Part shown: positions 41,701 through 55,499 of the stretch, in pieces
Layout of the letters: each line of letters begins with the position of its first letter
How positions within the stretch are numbered: position 1 is the first letter of the stretch
Assembly: GCA_964016885.1 (NCBI GenBank)
Contig: OZ024744.1
Coordinates: 116,994,001 to 117,058,000 of the forward strand
Origin: Eledone cirrhosa
Taxonomy: Eukaryota
DNA length: 64,000 bases
Direction of reading: 5' to 3'
Made by a program: the position numbers and the translations under genes
Notes under the pieces: model-generated
The model's database searches: none
The model's input: the letters and a program-made list of their open reading frames with translations, nothing else
What the model was told of the DNA's origin: nothing

Positions 41701-42700
41701 CTGACAGCATGTTAGCATGGGTTTGACAGGTCCTTCCCTGAATCTCTCCACTACTGACTTCCTTCTTCTCTCTCTCTCTCATCGTGACATCATGTTAGCA
41801 TGGGTTTGACAGGTCCTTCCCTGAATCTCTCCACTACTGACTTCCTTCTTCTCTCTCTCTCTCATCCTTACAGCATGTTAGCATGGGTTTGACAGGTCCT
41901 TCCCTGAATCTCTCCACTACTGACTTCCTTCTTCTCTCTCTCTCTCATCATGACATCATGTTAGCATGGGTTTGACAGGTCCTTCCCTGAATCTCTCCAC
42001 TACTGACTTCCTTCTTCTCTCTCTCTCTCATCCTGACATCATGTTAGCATGGGTTTGACAGGTCCTTCCCTGAATCTCTCCACTACTGACTTCCTTCTTC
42101 TCTCTCTCATCCTGACATCATGTTAGCATGGGTCTGACAGGTCCTTCCCTGAATTTCTCCACTACTGACTTCCTTCTTCTCTCTCTCTCTCATCCTTACA
42201 GCATGTTAGCATGGGTTTGACAGGTCCTTCCCTGAATCTCTCCGCTACTGACTTCCTTCTTCTCTCTCTCTCTCATCCTTACAGCATGTTAGCATGGGTT
42301 TGACAGGTCCTTCCCTGAATCTCTCCACTACTGACTTCCTTCTTCTCTCTCTCTCTCATCCTGACATCATGTTAGCATGGGTCTGACAGGTCCTTCCCTG
42401 AATCTCTCCACTACTCAGTTCCTTCTTCTCTCGCTCTCTCATCATGACATCATGTTAGCATGGGTTTGACAGGTCCTTCCCTGAATCTTTCCACTACTGA
42501 CTTCCTTCTTCTCTCTCTCATCCTGACATCATGTTGGCATGGGTTTGACAGGTCCTTCCCTGAATCTCTCCACTACTCAGTTCCTTCTTCTCTCTCTCTC
42601 TCATCCTTACAGCATGTTAGCATGGGTTTGACAGGTCCTTCCCTGAATCTTTCCACTACTGACTTCCTTCTTCTCTCTCTCTCTCTCATCCTGACAGCAT
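35780..42700. repeat. Three related ~2.1-2.4-kb blocks in tandem
   Basis: Marker TTCTGCTC at 36406, 38551 and 40941 (offsets 2145, 2390). AATTTCTCC (~40097/~42155) and CTCGCTC (40375/42433) recur at offset 2058. Confidence 0.85.
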
Positions 42701-44011
42701 GTTAGCATGGGTTTGACAGGTCCTTCCCTGAATCTCTCCACTACTCAGTTCCTTCTTCTCTCTCTCTCTCATCCTTACAGCATGTTAGCATGGGTCTGAC
42801 AGGTCCTTCTCTGAATCTCTCCACTACTTAGTTCCTTCTTCTCTCTCTCTCTCATCCTGACAGCATGTTAGCATGGGTTTGACAGGTCCTTCCCTGAATC
42901 TCTCCACTACTGACTTCCTTTTTCTCTCTCTCATCATGACATCATGTTAGCATGGGTTTGACAGGTCCTTCCCTGAATCTCTCCACTACTGACTTCCTTC
43001 TTCTCTCTCTCTCTCATCCTGACAGCATGTTAGCATGGGTTTGACAGGTCCTTCCCTGAATCTCTCCACTACTGACTTCCTTCTTCTCTCTCTCTCTCAT
43101 CCTGACATCATGTTAGCATGGGTTTGACAGGTCCTTCCCTGAATCTCTCCACTACTGACTTCCTTCTTCTCTCTCTCTCTCATCCTGACATCATGTTAGC
43201 ATGGGTTTGACAGGTCCTTCCCTGAATCTCTCCACTACTGACTTCCTTCTTCTCTCTCTCTCTCATCCTGACAGCATGTTAGCATGGGTTTGACAGGTCC
43301 TTCCCTGAATCTCTCCACTACTCAGTTCCTTCTTCTCTCTCTCTCTCATCCTTACAGCATGTTAGCATGGGTCTGACAGGTCCTTCTCTGAATCTCTCCA
43401 CTACTTAGGTCCTTCTTCTCTCTCTCTCTCATCCTGACAGCATGTTAGCATGGGTTTGACAGGTCCTTCCCTGAATCTCTCCACTACTGACTTCCTTCTT
43501 CTCTCTCTCATCATGACATCATGTTAGCATGGGTTTGACAGGTCCTTCCCTGAATCTCTCCACTACTGACTTCCTTCTTCTCTCTCTCTCTCATCCTGAC
43601 AGCATGTTAGCATGGGTTTGACAGGTCCTTCCCTGAATCTCTCCACTACTGACTTCCTTCTTCTCTCTCTCTCTCATCCTGACATTATGTTAGCATGGGT
43701 TTGACAGGTCCTTCCCTGAATCTCTCCACTACTGACTTCCTTCTTCTCTCTCTCTCTCATCCTTACAGCATGTTAGCATGGGTTTGACAGGTCCTTCCCT
43801 GAATCTCTCCACTATTGACTTCCTTCTTCTCTCTCTCTCTCATCATGACATCATGTTAGCATGGGTTTGACAGGTCCTTCCCTGAATCTCTCCACTACTG
43901 ACTTCCTTCTTCTCTCTCTCTCTCATCCTTACAGCATGTTAGCATGGGTTTGACAGGTCCTTCCCTGAATCTCTCCACTATTGACTTCCTTCTTCTCTCT
44001 CTCTCTCATCA

Positions 44012-47000
44012 TGACATCATGTTAGCATGGGTTTGACAGGTCCTTCCCTGAATCTCTCCACTACTGACTTCCTTCTTCTCTCTCTCTCTCATCCTGACAT
44101 CATGTTAGCATGGGTTTGACAGGTCCTTCCCTGAATCTCTCCACTACTGACTTCCTTCTTCTCTCTCTCTCTCATCCTTACAGCATGTTAGCATGGGTTT
44201 GACAGGTCCTTCCCTGAATCTCTCCACTACTGACTTCCTTCTTCTCTCTCTCTCTCATCCTTACAGCATGTTAGCATGGGTTTGACAGGTCCTTCCCTGA
44301 ATCTCTCCACTACTGATTTCCTTCTTCTCTCTCTCATCCTGACATCATGTTAGCATGGGTTTGACAGGTCCTTCCCTGAATCTCTCCACTACTGACTTCC
44401 TTCTTCTCTCTCTCTCTTATCCTGACATCATGTTAGCATGGGTCTGACAGGTCCTTCCCTGAATCTCTCCACTACTCAGTTCCTTCTTCTCTCTCTCTCT
44501 CATCCTTACAGCATGTTAGCATGGGTTTGACAGGTCCTTCCCTGAATCTCTCCACTACTGACTTCCTTCTTCTCTCTCTCTCTCATCCTCACATCATGTT
44601 AGCATGGGTTTGACAGGTCCTTCCCTGAATCTCTCCACTACTCAGTTCCTTCTCTCTCTCTCATCCTGACATCATGTTAGCATGGGTTTGACAGGTCCTT
44701 CCCTGAATCTCTCCACTACTGACTTCCTTCTTCTCTCTCTCTCTCATCCTGACATCATGTTAGCATGGGTCTGACAGGTCCTTCCCTGAATCTCTCCACT
44801 ACTCAGTTCCTTCTTCTCTCTCTCTCTCATCCTGACATCATGTTAGCATGGGTTTGACAGGTCCTTCCCTGAATCTCTCCACTACTGACTTCCTTCTGCT
44901 CTCTCTCATCCTGACATCATGTTAGCATGGGTTTGACAGGTCCTTCCCTGAATCTCTCCACTACTGACTTCCTTCTTCTCTCTCTCTCTCATCCTGACAT
45001 CATGTTAGCATGGGTCTGACAGGTCCTTCCCTGAATCTCTCCACTACTCAGTTGCTTCTTCTCTCTCTCTCTCATCCTGACATCATGTTAGCATGGGTTT
45101 GACAGGTCCTTCCCTGAATCTCTCCATTACTGACTTCCTTCTTCTCTCTCTCTCTCATCCTGACATCATGTTAGCATGGGTTTGACAGGTCCTTCCCTGA
45201 ATCTCTCCATTACTGACTTCCTTCTTCTCTCTCTCTCTCATCCTGACATCATGTTAGCATGGGTTTGACAGGTCCTTCCCTGAATCTCTCCACTACTGAC
45301 TTCCTTCTTCTCTCTCTCTCTCATCCTGACATCATGTTAGCATGGGTTTGACAGGTCCTTCCCTGAATCTCTCCACTACTGACTTCCTTCTTCTCTCTCT
45401 CTCTCATCCTGACATCATGTTAGCATGGGTTTGACAGGTCCTTCCCTGAATCTCTCCACTACTGACTTCCTTCTTCTCTCTCTCTCTCATCCTGACATCA
45501 TGTTAGCATGGGTTTGACAGGTCCTTCCCTGAATCTCTCCACTACTGACTTCCTTCTTCTCTCTCTCTCTCATCCTGACATCATGTTAGCATGGGTTTGA
45601 CAGGTCCTTCCCTGAATCTCTCCACTACTGACTTCCTTCTTCTCTCTCTCTCTCATCCTGACATCATGTTAGCATGGGTTTGACAGGTCCTTCCCTGAAT
45701 CTCTCCACTACTGACTTCCTTCTTCTCTCTCTCCCTCATCCTTACAGCATGTTAGCATGGGTCTGACAGGTCCTTCCCTGAATCTCTCCACTACTGACTT
45801 CCTTCTTCTCTCTCTCTCTCATCCTGACAGCATGTTAGCATGGGTTTGACAGGTCCTTCCCTGAATCTCTCCACTACTGACTTCCTTCGTCTCTCTCTCT
45901 CTCATCCTTACAGCATGTTAGCATGGGTTTGACAGGTCCTTCCCTGAATCTCTCCACTACTCAGTTCCTTCTTCTCTCTCTCTCTCATCCTGACATCATG
46001 TTAGCATGGGTTTGACAGGTCCTTCCCTGAATCTCTCCACTACTGACTTCCTTCTTCTCTCTCTCTCTCATCCTGACATCATGTTAGCATGGTTTTGACA
46101 GGTCCTTCCCTGAATCTCTCCACTACTTACTTCTTTCTTCTCTCTCTCTCTCATCCTGACATCATGTTAGCATGGGTTTGACAGGTCCTTCCCTGAATCT
46201 CTCCACTACTGACTTCCTTCTTCTCTCTCTCTCTCATCATGACATCATGTTAGCATGGGTTTGACAGGTCCTTCCCTGAATCTCTCCACTACTGACTTCC
46301 TTCTTCTCTCTCTCTCTCATCCTGACAGCATGTTAGCATGGGTTTGACAGGTCCTTCCCTGAATCACTCCACTACTGACTTCCTTCTGCTCTCTCTCTCT
46401 CATCCTGACATCATGTTAGCATGGTTTTGACAGGTCCTTCTCTGAATCTCTCCACTACTTAGTTCCTTCTTCTCTCTCTCTCTCATCCTGACATCATGTT
46501 AGCATGGGTTTGACAGGTCCTTCCCTGAATCTCTCCACTACTTACTTCCTTCTTCTCTCTCTCTCTCATCCTGACAGCATGTTAGCATGGGTCTGACAGG
46601 TCCTTCTCTGAATATCTCCACTACTGACTTCCTTCTTCTCTCTCTCTCTCATCCTGACAGCATGTTAGCATGGGTTTGACAGGTCCTTCCCTGAATCTCT
46701 CCACTACTGACTTCCTTCTTCTCTCTCTCTCATCCTGACATCATGTTAGCATGGGTTTGACAGGTCCTTCCCTTAATCTCTCCACTACTGACTTCCTTCT
46801 TCTCTCTCTCTCTCATCCTTACAGCATGTTAGCATGGGTTTGACAGGTCCTTCCCTGAATCTCTCCACTACTCAGTTCCTTCTCTCTCTCTCATCCTGAC
46901 ATCATGTTAGCATGGGTCTGACAGGTCCTTCCCTGAATCTCTCCACTACTCAGTTCCTTCTTCTCTCTCTCTCTCATCCTGACATCATGTTAGCATGGGT

Positions 47001-50000
47001 TTGACAGGTCCTTCCCTGAATCTCTCCACTACTCAGTTCCTCCTTCTCTCTCTCTCTCATCCTGACATCATGTTAGCATGGGTCTGACAGGTCCTTCCCT
47101 GAATCTCTCCACTACTCAGTTCCTTCTTCTCTCTCTCTCTCATCCTGACATCATGTTAGCATGGGTTTGACAGGCCCTTCCCTGAATCTCTCCACTACTG
47201 TCTTCCTTCTTCTCTCTCTCTCTCATTATGACATCATGTTAGTATGGGTTTGACAGGTCCTTCCCTGAATCTCTCCACTACTGACTTCCTTCTTCTCTCT
47301 CTCTCTCATCCTGACATCATGTTAGCATGGGTTTGACAGGTCCTTCCCTGAATCTCTCCACTACTCAGTTCCTTCTCTCTCTCTCATCCTGACATCATGT
47401 TAGCATGGGTTTGACAGGTCCTTCCCTGAATCTCTCCACTACTGACTTCCTTCTTCTCTCTCTCTCTCATCCTGACATCATGTTAGCATGGGTCTGACAG
47501 GTCCTTCCCTGAATCTCTCCACTACTCAGTTCCTTCTTCTCTCTCTCTCTCATCCTGACATCATGTTAGCATGGGTCTGACAGGTCCTTCCCTGAATCTC
47601 TCCACTACTCAGTTCCTTCTTCTCTCTCTCTCTCATCCTGACATCATGTTAGCATGGGTCTGACAGGTCCTTCCCTGAATCTCTCCACTACTCAGTTCCT
47701 TCTTCTCTCTCTCTCTCATCCTGACATCATGTTAGCATGGGTTTGACAGGTCCTTCCCTGAATCTCTCAACTACTCAGTTCCTTCTTCTCTCTCTCTCTC
47801 ATCCTGACAGCATGTTAGCATGGGTTTGACAGGCCCTTCCCTGAATCTCTCCACTACTGTCTTCCTTCTTCTCTCTCTCTCTCATCATGACATCATGTTA
47901 GCATGGGTCTGACAGGTCCTTCCCTGAATCTCTCCACTACTGACTTCCTTCTTCTCTCTCTCTCTCTCATCCTGACATCATGTTAGCATGGGTCTGACAG
48001 GTCCTTCCCTGAATCTCTCCACTACTGACTTCCTTGTTCTCTCTCTCTCTCATCCTGACAGCATGTTAGCATGGGTTTGACAGGCCCTTCCCTGAATCTC
48101 TCCACTACTGTCTTCCTTCTTCTCTCTCTCTCTCATCCTGACATCATGTTAGCATGGGTTTGACAGGTCCTTCCCTGAATCTCTCCACTACTCAGTTCCT
48201 TCTCTCTCTCTCTCTCATCCTGACATCATGTTAGCATGGGTTTGACAGGTCCTTCCCTGAATCTCTCCACTACTGACTTCCTTCTTCTCTCTCTCTCTCA
48301 TCCTGACATCATGTTAGCATGGGTTTGACAGGTCCTTCCCTGAATCTCTCCACTACTCAGTTCCTTCTTCTCTCTCTCTCTCATCCTGCCAGCATGTTAG
48401 CATGGGTCTGACAGGTCCTTCCCTGAATCTCTCCACTACTGACTTCCTTCTTCTCTCTCTCTCTCATCCTGACAGCATGTTAGCATGGGTCTGACAGGTC
48501 CTTCCCTGAATCTCTCCACTACTGACTTCTTTCTTCTCTCTCTCTCTCATCCTGACAGCATGTTAGCATGGGTTTGACAGGTCCTTCCCTGAATCTCTCC
48601 ACTACTCAGTTCCTTCTTCTCTCTCTCTCTCATCCTGACATCATGTTAGCATGGGTTTGACAGGCCCTTCCCTGAATCTCTCCACTACTGTCTTCCTTCT
48701 TCTCTCTCTCTCTCTTCATGACATCATGTTAGCATGGGTTTGACAGGTCCTTCCCTGAATCTCTCCACTACTGACTTCCTTCTTCTCTCTCTCTCATCCT
48801 GACATCCTGTTAGCATGGGTTTGACAGGTCCTTCCCTGAATCTCTCCACTACTGACTTCCTTCTTCTCTCTCTCTCATCCTGACATCATGTTAGCATGGG
48901 TCTGACAGGTCCTTCCCTGAATCTCTCCACTACTGACTTCCTTCTTCTCTCTCTCTCTCATCCTCACATCATGTTAGCATGGGTTTGACAGGTCCTTCCC
49001 TGAATCTCTCCACTACTGACTTCCTTCTTCTCTCTCTCTCTCATCCTTACAGCATGTTAGCATGGGTTTGACAGGTCCTTCCCTGAATCTCTCCACTACT
49101 GACTTCCTTCTTCTCTCTCTCTCTCATCCTCACATCATGTTAGCATGGGTTTGACAGGTCCTTCCCTGAATCTCTCCACTACTGACTTCCTTCTTCTCTC
49201 TCTCTCTCATCCTGACAGCATGTTAGCATGGGTTTGACAGGTCCTTCCCTGAATCTCTCCACTACTCAGTTCCTTCTTCTCTCTCTCTCTCATCCTGACA
49301 TCATGTTAGCATGGGTCTGACAGGTCCTTCCCTGAATCTCTCCACTACTCAGTTCCTTCTTCTCTCTCTCTCTCATCCTGACATCATGTTAGCATGGGTC
49401 TGACAGGTCCTTCCCTGAATCTCTCCACTACTCAGTTCCTTCTTCTCTCTCTCTCTCATCCTGACATCATGTTAGCATGGGTTTGACAGGTCCTTCCCTG
49501 AATCTCTCCACTACTGACTTCCTTCTTCTCTCTCTCTCTCATCCTGACATCATGTTAGCATGGGTTTGACAGGTCCTTCCCTGAATCTCTCCACTACTGA
49601 CTTCCTTCTTCTCTCTCTCTCTCATCCTTACAGCATGTTAGCATGGGTTTGACAGGTCCTTCCCTGAATCTCTCCACTACTGACTTCCTTCTTCTCTCTC
49701 TCTCTCATCCTTACAGCATGTTAGCATGGGTTTGACAGGTCCTTCCCTGAATCTCTCCACTACTGATTTCCTTCTTCTCTCTCTCATCCTGACATCATGT
49801 TAGCATGGGTTTGACAGGTCCTTCCCTGAATCTCTCCACTACTGACTTCCTTCTTCTCTCTCTCTCTTATCCTGACATCATGTTAGCATGGGTCTGACAG
49901 GTCCTTCCCTGAATCTCTCCACTACTCAGTTCCTTCTTCTCTCTCTCTCTCATCCTTACAGCATGTTAGCATGGGTTTGACAGGTCCTTCCCTGAATCTC

Positions 50001-53000
50001 TCCACTACTGACTTCCTTCTTCTCTCTCTCTCTCATCCTCACATCATGTTAGCATGGGTTTGACAGGTCCTTCCCTGAATCTCTCCACTACTCAGTTCCT
50101 TCTCTCTCTCTCATCCTGACATCATGTTAGCATGGGTTTGACAGGTCCTTCCCTGAATCTCTCCACTACTGACTTCCTTCTTCTCTCTCTCTCTCATCCT
50201 GACATCATGTTAGCATGGGTCTGACAGGTCCTTCCCTGAATCTCTCCACTACTCAGTTCCTTCTTCTCTCTCTCTCTCATCCTGACATCATGTTAGCATG
50301 GGTTTGACAGGTCCTTCCCTGAATCTCTCCACTACTGACTTCCTTCTGCTCTCTCTCATCCTGACATCATGTTAGCATGGGTTTGACAGGTCCTTCCCTG
50401 AATCTCTCCACTACTGACTTCCTTCTTCTCTCTCTCTCTCATCCTGACATCATGTTAGCATGGGTCTGACAGGTCCTTCCCTGAATCTCTCCACTACTCA
50501 GTTGCTTCTTCTCTCTCTCTCTCATCCTGACATCATGTTAGCATGGGTTTGACAGGTCCTTCCCTGAATCTCTCCATTACTGACTTCCTTCTTCTCTCTC
50601 TCTCTCATCCTGACATCATGTTAGCATGGGTTTGACAGGTCCTTCCCTGAATCTCTCCATTACTGACTTCCTTCTTCTCTCTCTCTCTCATCCTGACATC
50701 ATGTTAGCATGGGTTTGACAGGTCCTTCCCTGAATCTCTCCACTACTGACTTCCTTCTTCTCTCTCTCTCTCATCCTGACATCATGTTAGCATGGGTTTG
50801 ACAGGTCCTTCCCTGAATCTCTCCACTACTGACTTCCTTCTTCTCTCTCTCTCTCATCCTGACATCATGTTAGCATGGGTTTGACAGGTCCTTCCCTGAA
50901 TCTCTCCACTACTGACTTCCTTCTTCTCTCTCTCTCTCATCCTGACATCATGTTAGCATGGGTTTGACAGGTCCTTCCCTGAATCTCTCCACTACTGACT
51001 TCCTTCTTCTCTCTCTCTCTCATCCTGACATCATGTTAGCATGGGTTTGACAGGTCCTTCCCTGAATCTCTCCACTACTGACTTCCTTCTTCTCTCTCTC
51101 TCTCATCCTGACATCATGTTAGCATGGGTTTGACAGGTCCTTCCCTGAATCTCTCCACTACTGACTTCCTTCTTCTCTCTCTCCCTCATCCTTACAGCAT
51201 GTTAGCATGGGTCTGACAGGTCCTTCCCTGAATCTCTCCACTACTGACTTCCTTCTTCTCTCTCTCTCTCATCCTGACAGCATGTTAGCATGGGTTTGAC
51301 AGGTCCTTCCCTGAATCTCTCCACTACTGACTTCCTTCGTCTCTCTCTCTCTCATCCTTACAGCATGTTAGCATGGGTTTGACAGGTCCTTCCCTGAATC
51401 TCTCCACTACTCAGTTCCTTCTTCTCTCTCTCTCTCATCCTGACATCATGTTAGCATGGGTTTGACAGGTCCTTCCCTGAATCTCTCCACTACTGACTTC
51501 CTTCTTCTCTCTCTCTCTCATCCTGACATCATGTTAGCATGGTTTTGACAGGTCCTTCCCTGAATCTCTCCACTACTTACTTCTTTCTTCTCTCTCTCTC
51601 TCATCCTGACATCATGTTAGCATGGGTTTGACAGGTCCTTCCCTGAATCTCTCCACTACTGACTTCCTTCTTCTCTCTCTCTCTCATCATGACATCATGT
51701 TAGCATGGGTTTGACAGGTCCTTCCCTGAATCTCTCCACTACTGACTTCCTTCTTCTCTCTCTCTCTCATCCTGACAGCATGTTAGCATGGGTTTGACAG
51801 GTCCTTCCCTGAATCACTCCACTACTGACTTCCTTCTGCTCTCTCTCTCTCATCCTGACATCATGTTAGCATGGTTTTGACAGGTCCTTCTCTGAATCTC
51901 TCCACTACTTAGTTCCTTCTTCTCTCTCTCTCTCATCCTGACATCATGTTAGCATGGGTTTGACAGGTCCTTCCCTGAATCTCTCCACTACTTACTTCCT
52001 TCTTCTCTCTCTCTCTCATCCTGACAGCATGTTAGCATGGGTCTGACAGGTCCTTCTCTGAATATCTCCACTACTGACTTCCTTCTTCTCTCTCTCTCTC
52101 ATCCTGACAGCATGTTAGCATGGGTTTGACAGGTCCTTCCCTGAATCTCTCCACTACTGACTTCCTTCTTCTCTCTCTCTCATCCTGACATCATGTTAGC
52201 ATGGGTTTGACAGGTCCTTCCCTTAATCTCTCCACTACTGACTTCCTTCTTCTCTCTCTCTCTCATCCTTACAGCATGTTAGCATGGGTTTGACAGGTCC
52301 TTCCCTGAATCTCTCCACTACTCAGTTCCTTCTCTCTCTCTCATCCTGACATCATGTTAGCATGGGTCTGACAGGTCCTTCCCTGAATCTCTCCACTACT
52401 CAGTTCCTTCTTCTCTCTCTCTCTCATCCTGACATCATGTTAGCATGGGTTTGACAGGTCCTTCCCTGAATCTCTCCACTACTCAGTTCCTCCTTCTCTC
52501 TCTCTCTCATCCTGACATCATGTTAGCATGGGTCTGACAGGTCCTTCCCTGAATCTCTCCACTACTCAGTTCCTTCTTCTCTCTCTCTCTCATCCTGACA
52601 TCATGTTAGCATGGGTTTGACAGGCCCTTCCCTGAATCTCTCCACTACTGTCTTCCTTCTTCTCTCTCTCTCTCATTATGACATCATGTTAGTATGGGTT
52701 TGACAGGTCCTTCCCTGAATCTCTCCACTACTGACTTCCTTCTTCTCTCTCTCTCTCATCCTGACATCATGTTAGCATGGGTTTGACAGGTCCTTCCCTG
52801 AATCTCTCCACTACTCAGTTCCTTCTCTCTCTCTCATCCTGACATCATGTTAGCATGGGTTTGACAGGTCCTTCCCTGAATCTCTCCACTACTGACTTCC
52901 TTCTTCTCTCTCTCTCTCATCCTGACATCATGTTAGCATGGGTCTGACAGGTCCTTCCCTGAATCTCTCCACTACTCAGTTCCTTCTTCTCTCTCTCTCT

Positions 53001-54960
53001 CATCCTGACATCATGTTAGCATGGGTCTGACAGGTCCTTCCCTGAATCTCTCCACTACTCAGTTCCTTCTTCTCTCTCTCTCTCATCCTGACATCATGTT
53101 AGCATGGGTCTGACAGGTCCTTCCCTGAATCTCTCCACTACTCAGTTCCTTCTTCTCTCTCTCTCTCATCCTGACATCATGTTAGCATGGGTTTGACAGG
53201 TCCTTCCCTGAATCTCTCAACTACTCAGTTCCTTCTTCTCTCTCTCTCTCATCCTGACAGCATGTTAGCATGGGTTTGACAGGCCCTTCCCTGAATCTCT
53301 CCACTACTGTCTTCCTTCTTCTCTCTCTCTCTCATCATGACATCATGTTAGCATGGGTCTGACAGGTCCTTCCCTGAATCTCTCCACTACTGACTTCCTT
53401 CTTCTCTCTCTCTCTCTCATCCTGACATCATGTTAGCATGGGTCTGACAGGTCCTTCCCTGAATCTCTCCACTACTGACTTCCTTGTTCTCTCTCTCTCT
53501 CATCCTGACAGCATGTTAGCATGGGTTTGACAGGCCCTTCCCTGAATCTCTCCACTACTGTCTTCCTTCTTCTCTCTCTCTCTCATCCTGACATCATGTT
53601 AGCATGGGTTTGACAGGTCCTTCCCTGAATCTCTCCACTACTCAGTTCCTTCTCTCTCTCTCTCTCATCCTGACATCATGTTAGCATGGGTTTGACAGGT
53701 CCTTCCCTGAATCTCTCCACTACTGACTTCCTTCTTCTCTCTCTCTCTCATCCTGACATCATGTTAGCATGGGTTTGACAGGTCCTTCCCTGAATCTCTC
53801 CACTACTCAGTTCCTTCTTCTCTCTCTCTCTCATCCTGCCAGCATGTTAGCATGGGTCTGACAGGTCCTTCCCTGAATCTCTCCACTACTGACTTCCTTC
53901 TTCTCTCTCTCTCTCATCCTGACAGCATGTTAGCATGGGTCTGACAGGTCCTTCCCTGAATCTCTCCACTACTGACTTCTTTCTTCTCTCTCTCTCTCAT
54001 CCTGACAGCATGTTAGCATGGGTTTGACAGGTCCTTCCCTGAATCTCTCCACTACTCAGTTCCTTCTTCTCTCTCTCTCTCATCCTGACATCATGTTAGC
54101 ATGGGTTTGACAGGCCCTTCCCTGAATCTCTCCACTACTGTCTTCCTTCTTCTCTCTCTCTCTCTTCATGACATCATGTTAGCATGGGTTTGACAGGTCC
54201 TTCCCTGAATCTCTCCACTACTGACTTCCTTCTTCTCTCTCTCTCATCCTGACATCCTGTTAGCATGGGTTTGACAGGTCCTTCCCTGAATCTCTCCACT
54301 ACTGACTTCCTTCTTCTCTCTCTCTCATCCTGACATCATGTTAGCATGGGTCTGACAGGTCCTTCCCTGAATCTCTCCACTACTGACTTCCTTCTTCTCT
54401 CTCTCTCTCTCATCCTCACATCATGTTAGCATGGGTTTGACAGGTCCTTCCCTGAATCTCTCCACTACTGACTTCCTTCTTCTCTCTCTCTCTCATCCTT
54501 ACAGCATGTTAGCATGGGTTTGACAGGTCCTTCCCTGAATCTCTCCACTACTGACTTCCTTCTTCTCTCTCTCTCTCATCCTCACATCATGTTAGCATGG
54601 GTTTGACAGGTCCTTCCCTGAATCTCTCCACTACTGACTTCCTTCTTCTCTCTCTCTCTCATCCTGACAGCATGTTAGCATGGGTTTGACAGGTCCTTCC
54701 CTGAATCTCTCCACTACTCAGTTCCTTCTTCTCTCTCTCTCTCATCCTGACATCATGTTAGCATGGGTCTGACAGGTCCTTCCCTGAATCTCTCCACTAC
54801 TCAGTTCCTTCTTCTCTCTCTCTCTCATCCTGACATCATGTTAGCATGGGTCTGACAGGTCCTTCCCTGAATCTCTCCACTACTCAGTTCCTTCTTCTCT
54901 CTCTCTCTCATCCTGACATCATGTTAGCATGGGTTTGACAGGTCCTTCCCTGAATCTCTC
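44012..54960. repeat. Near-perfect 5450-bp (~66-monomer) tandem duplication
   Basis: Constant 5450 offset for TACTGATTTC (44311/49761), GTTGCTTCTT (45051/50501), CTCCCTCATC (45731/51181), AATCTCTCAA (47761/53211), TCCTTGTTCT (48031/53481) and TCATCCTGCC (48381/53831). Confidence 0.95.
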
Positions 54961-55499
54961 CACTACTGACTTCCTTCTTCTTCTCTCTCTCTCTCATCCT
55001 GACATCATGTTAGCATGGGTTTGACAGGTCCTTCCCTGAATCTCTCCACTACTGACTTCCTTCTTCTTCTCTCTCTCTCTCATCCTGACATCATGTTAGC
55101 ATGGGTTTGACAGGTCCTTCCCTGAATCTCTCCACTACTGACTTCCTTCTTCTCTCTCTCTCTCATCCTGACATCATGTTAGCATGGGTCTGACAGGTCC
55201 TTCCCTGAATCTCTCCACTACTCAGTTCCTTCTTCTCTCTCTCTCTCATCCTGACATCATGTTAGCATGGGTTTGACAGGTCCTTCCCTGAATCTCTCCA
55301 CTACTGACTTCCTTCTTCTCTCTCTCTCTCATCCTGACATCATGTTAGCATGGGTTTGACAGGTCCTTCCCTGAATCTCTCCACTACTGACTTCCTTCTT
55401 CTCTCTCTCTCTCATCCTGACATCATGTTAGCATGGGTTTGACAGGTCCTTCCCTGAATCTCTCCACTACTGACTTCCTTCTTCTCTCTCTCATCCTGA

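Noticed and set aside
42460-42705. 81-aa ORF inside the satellite
   Set aside because: It is a chance read-through caused by a TTAG>TTGG variant and a short CT tract. The monomer length is not a multiple of 3.
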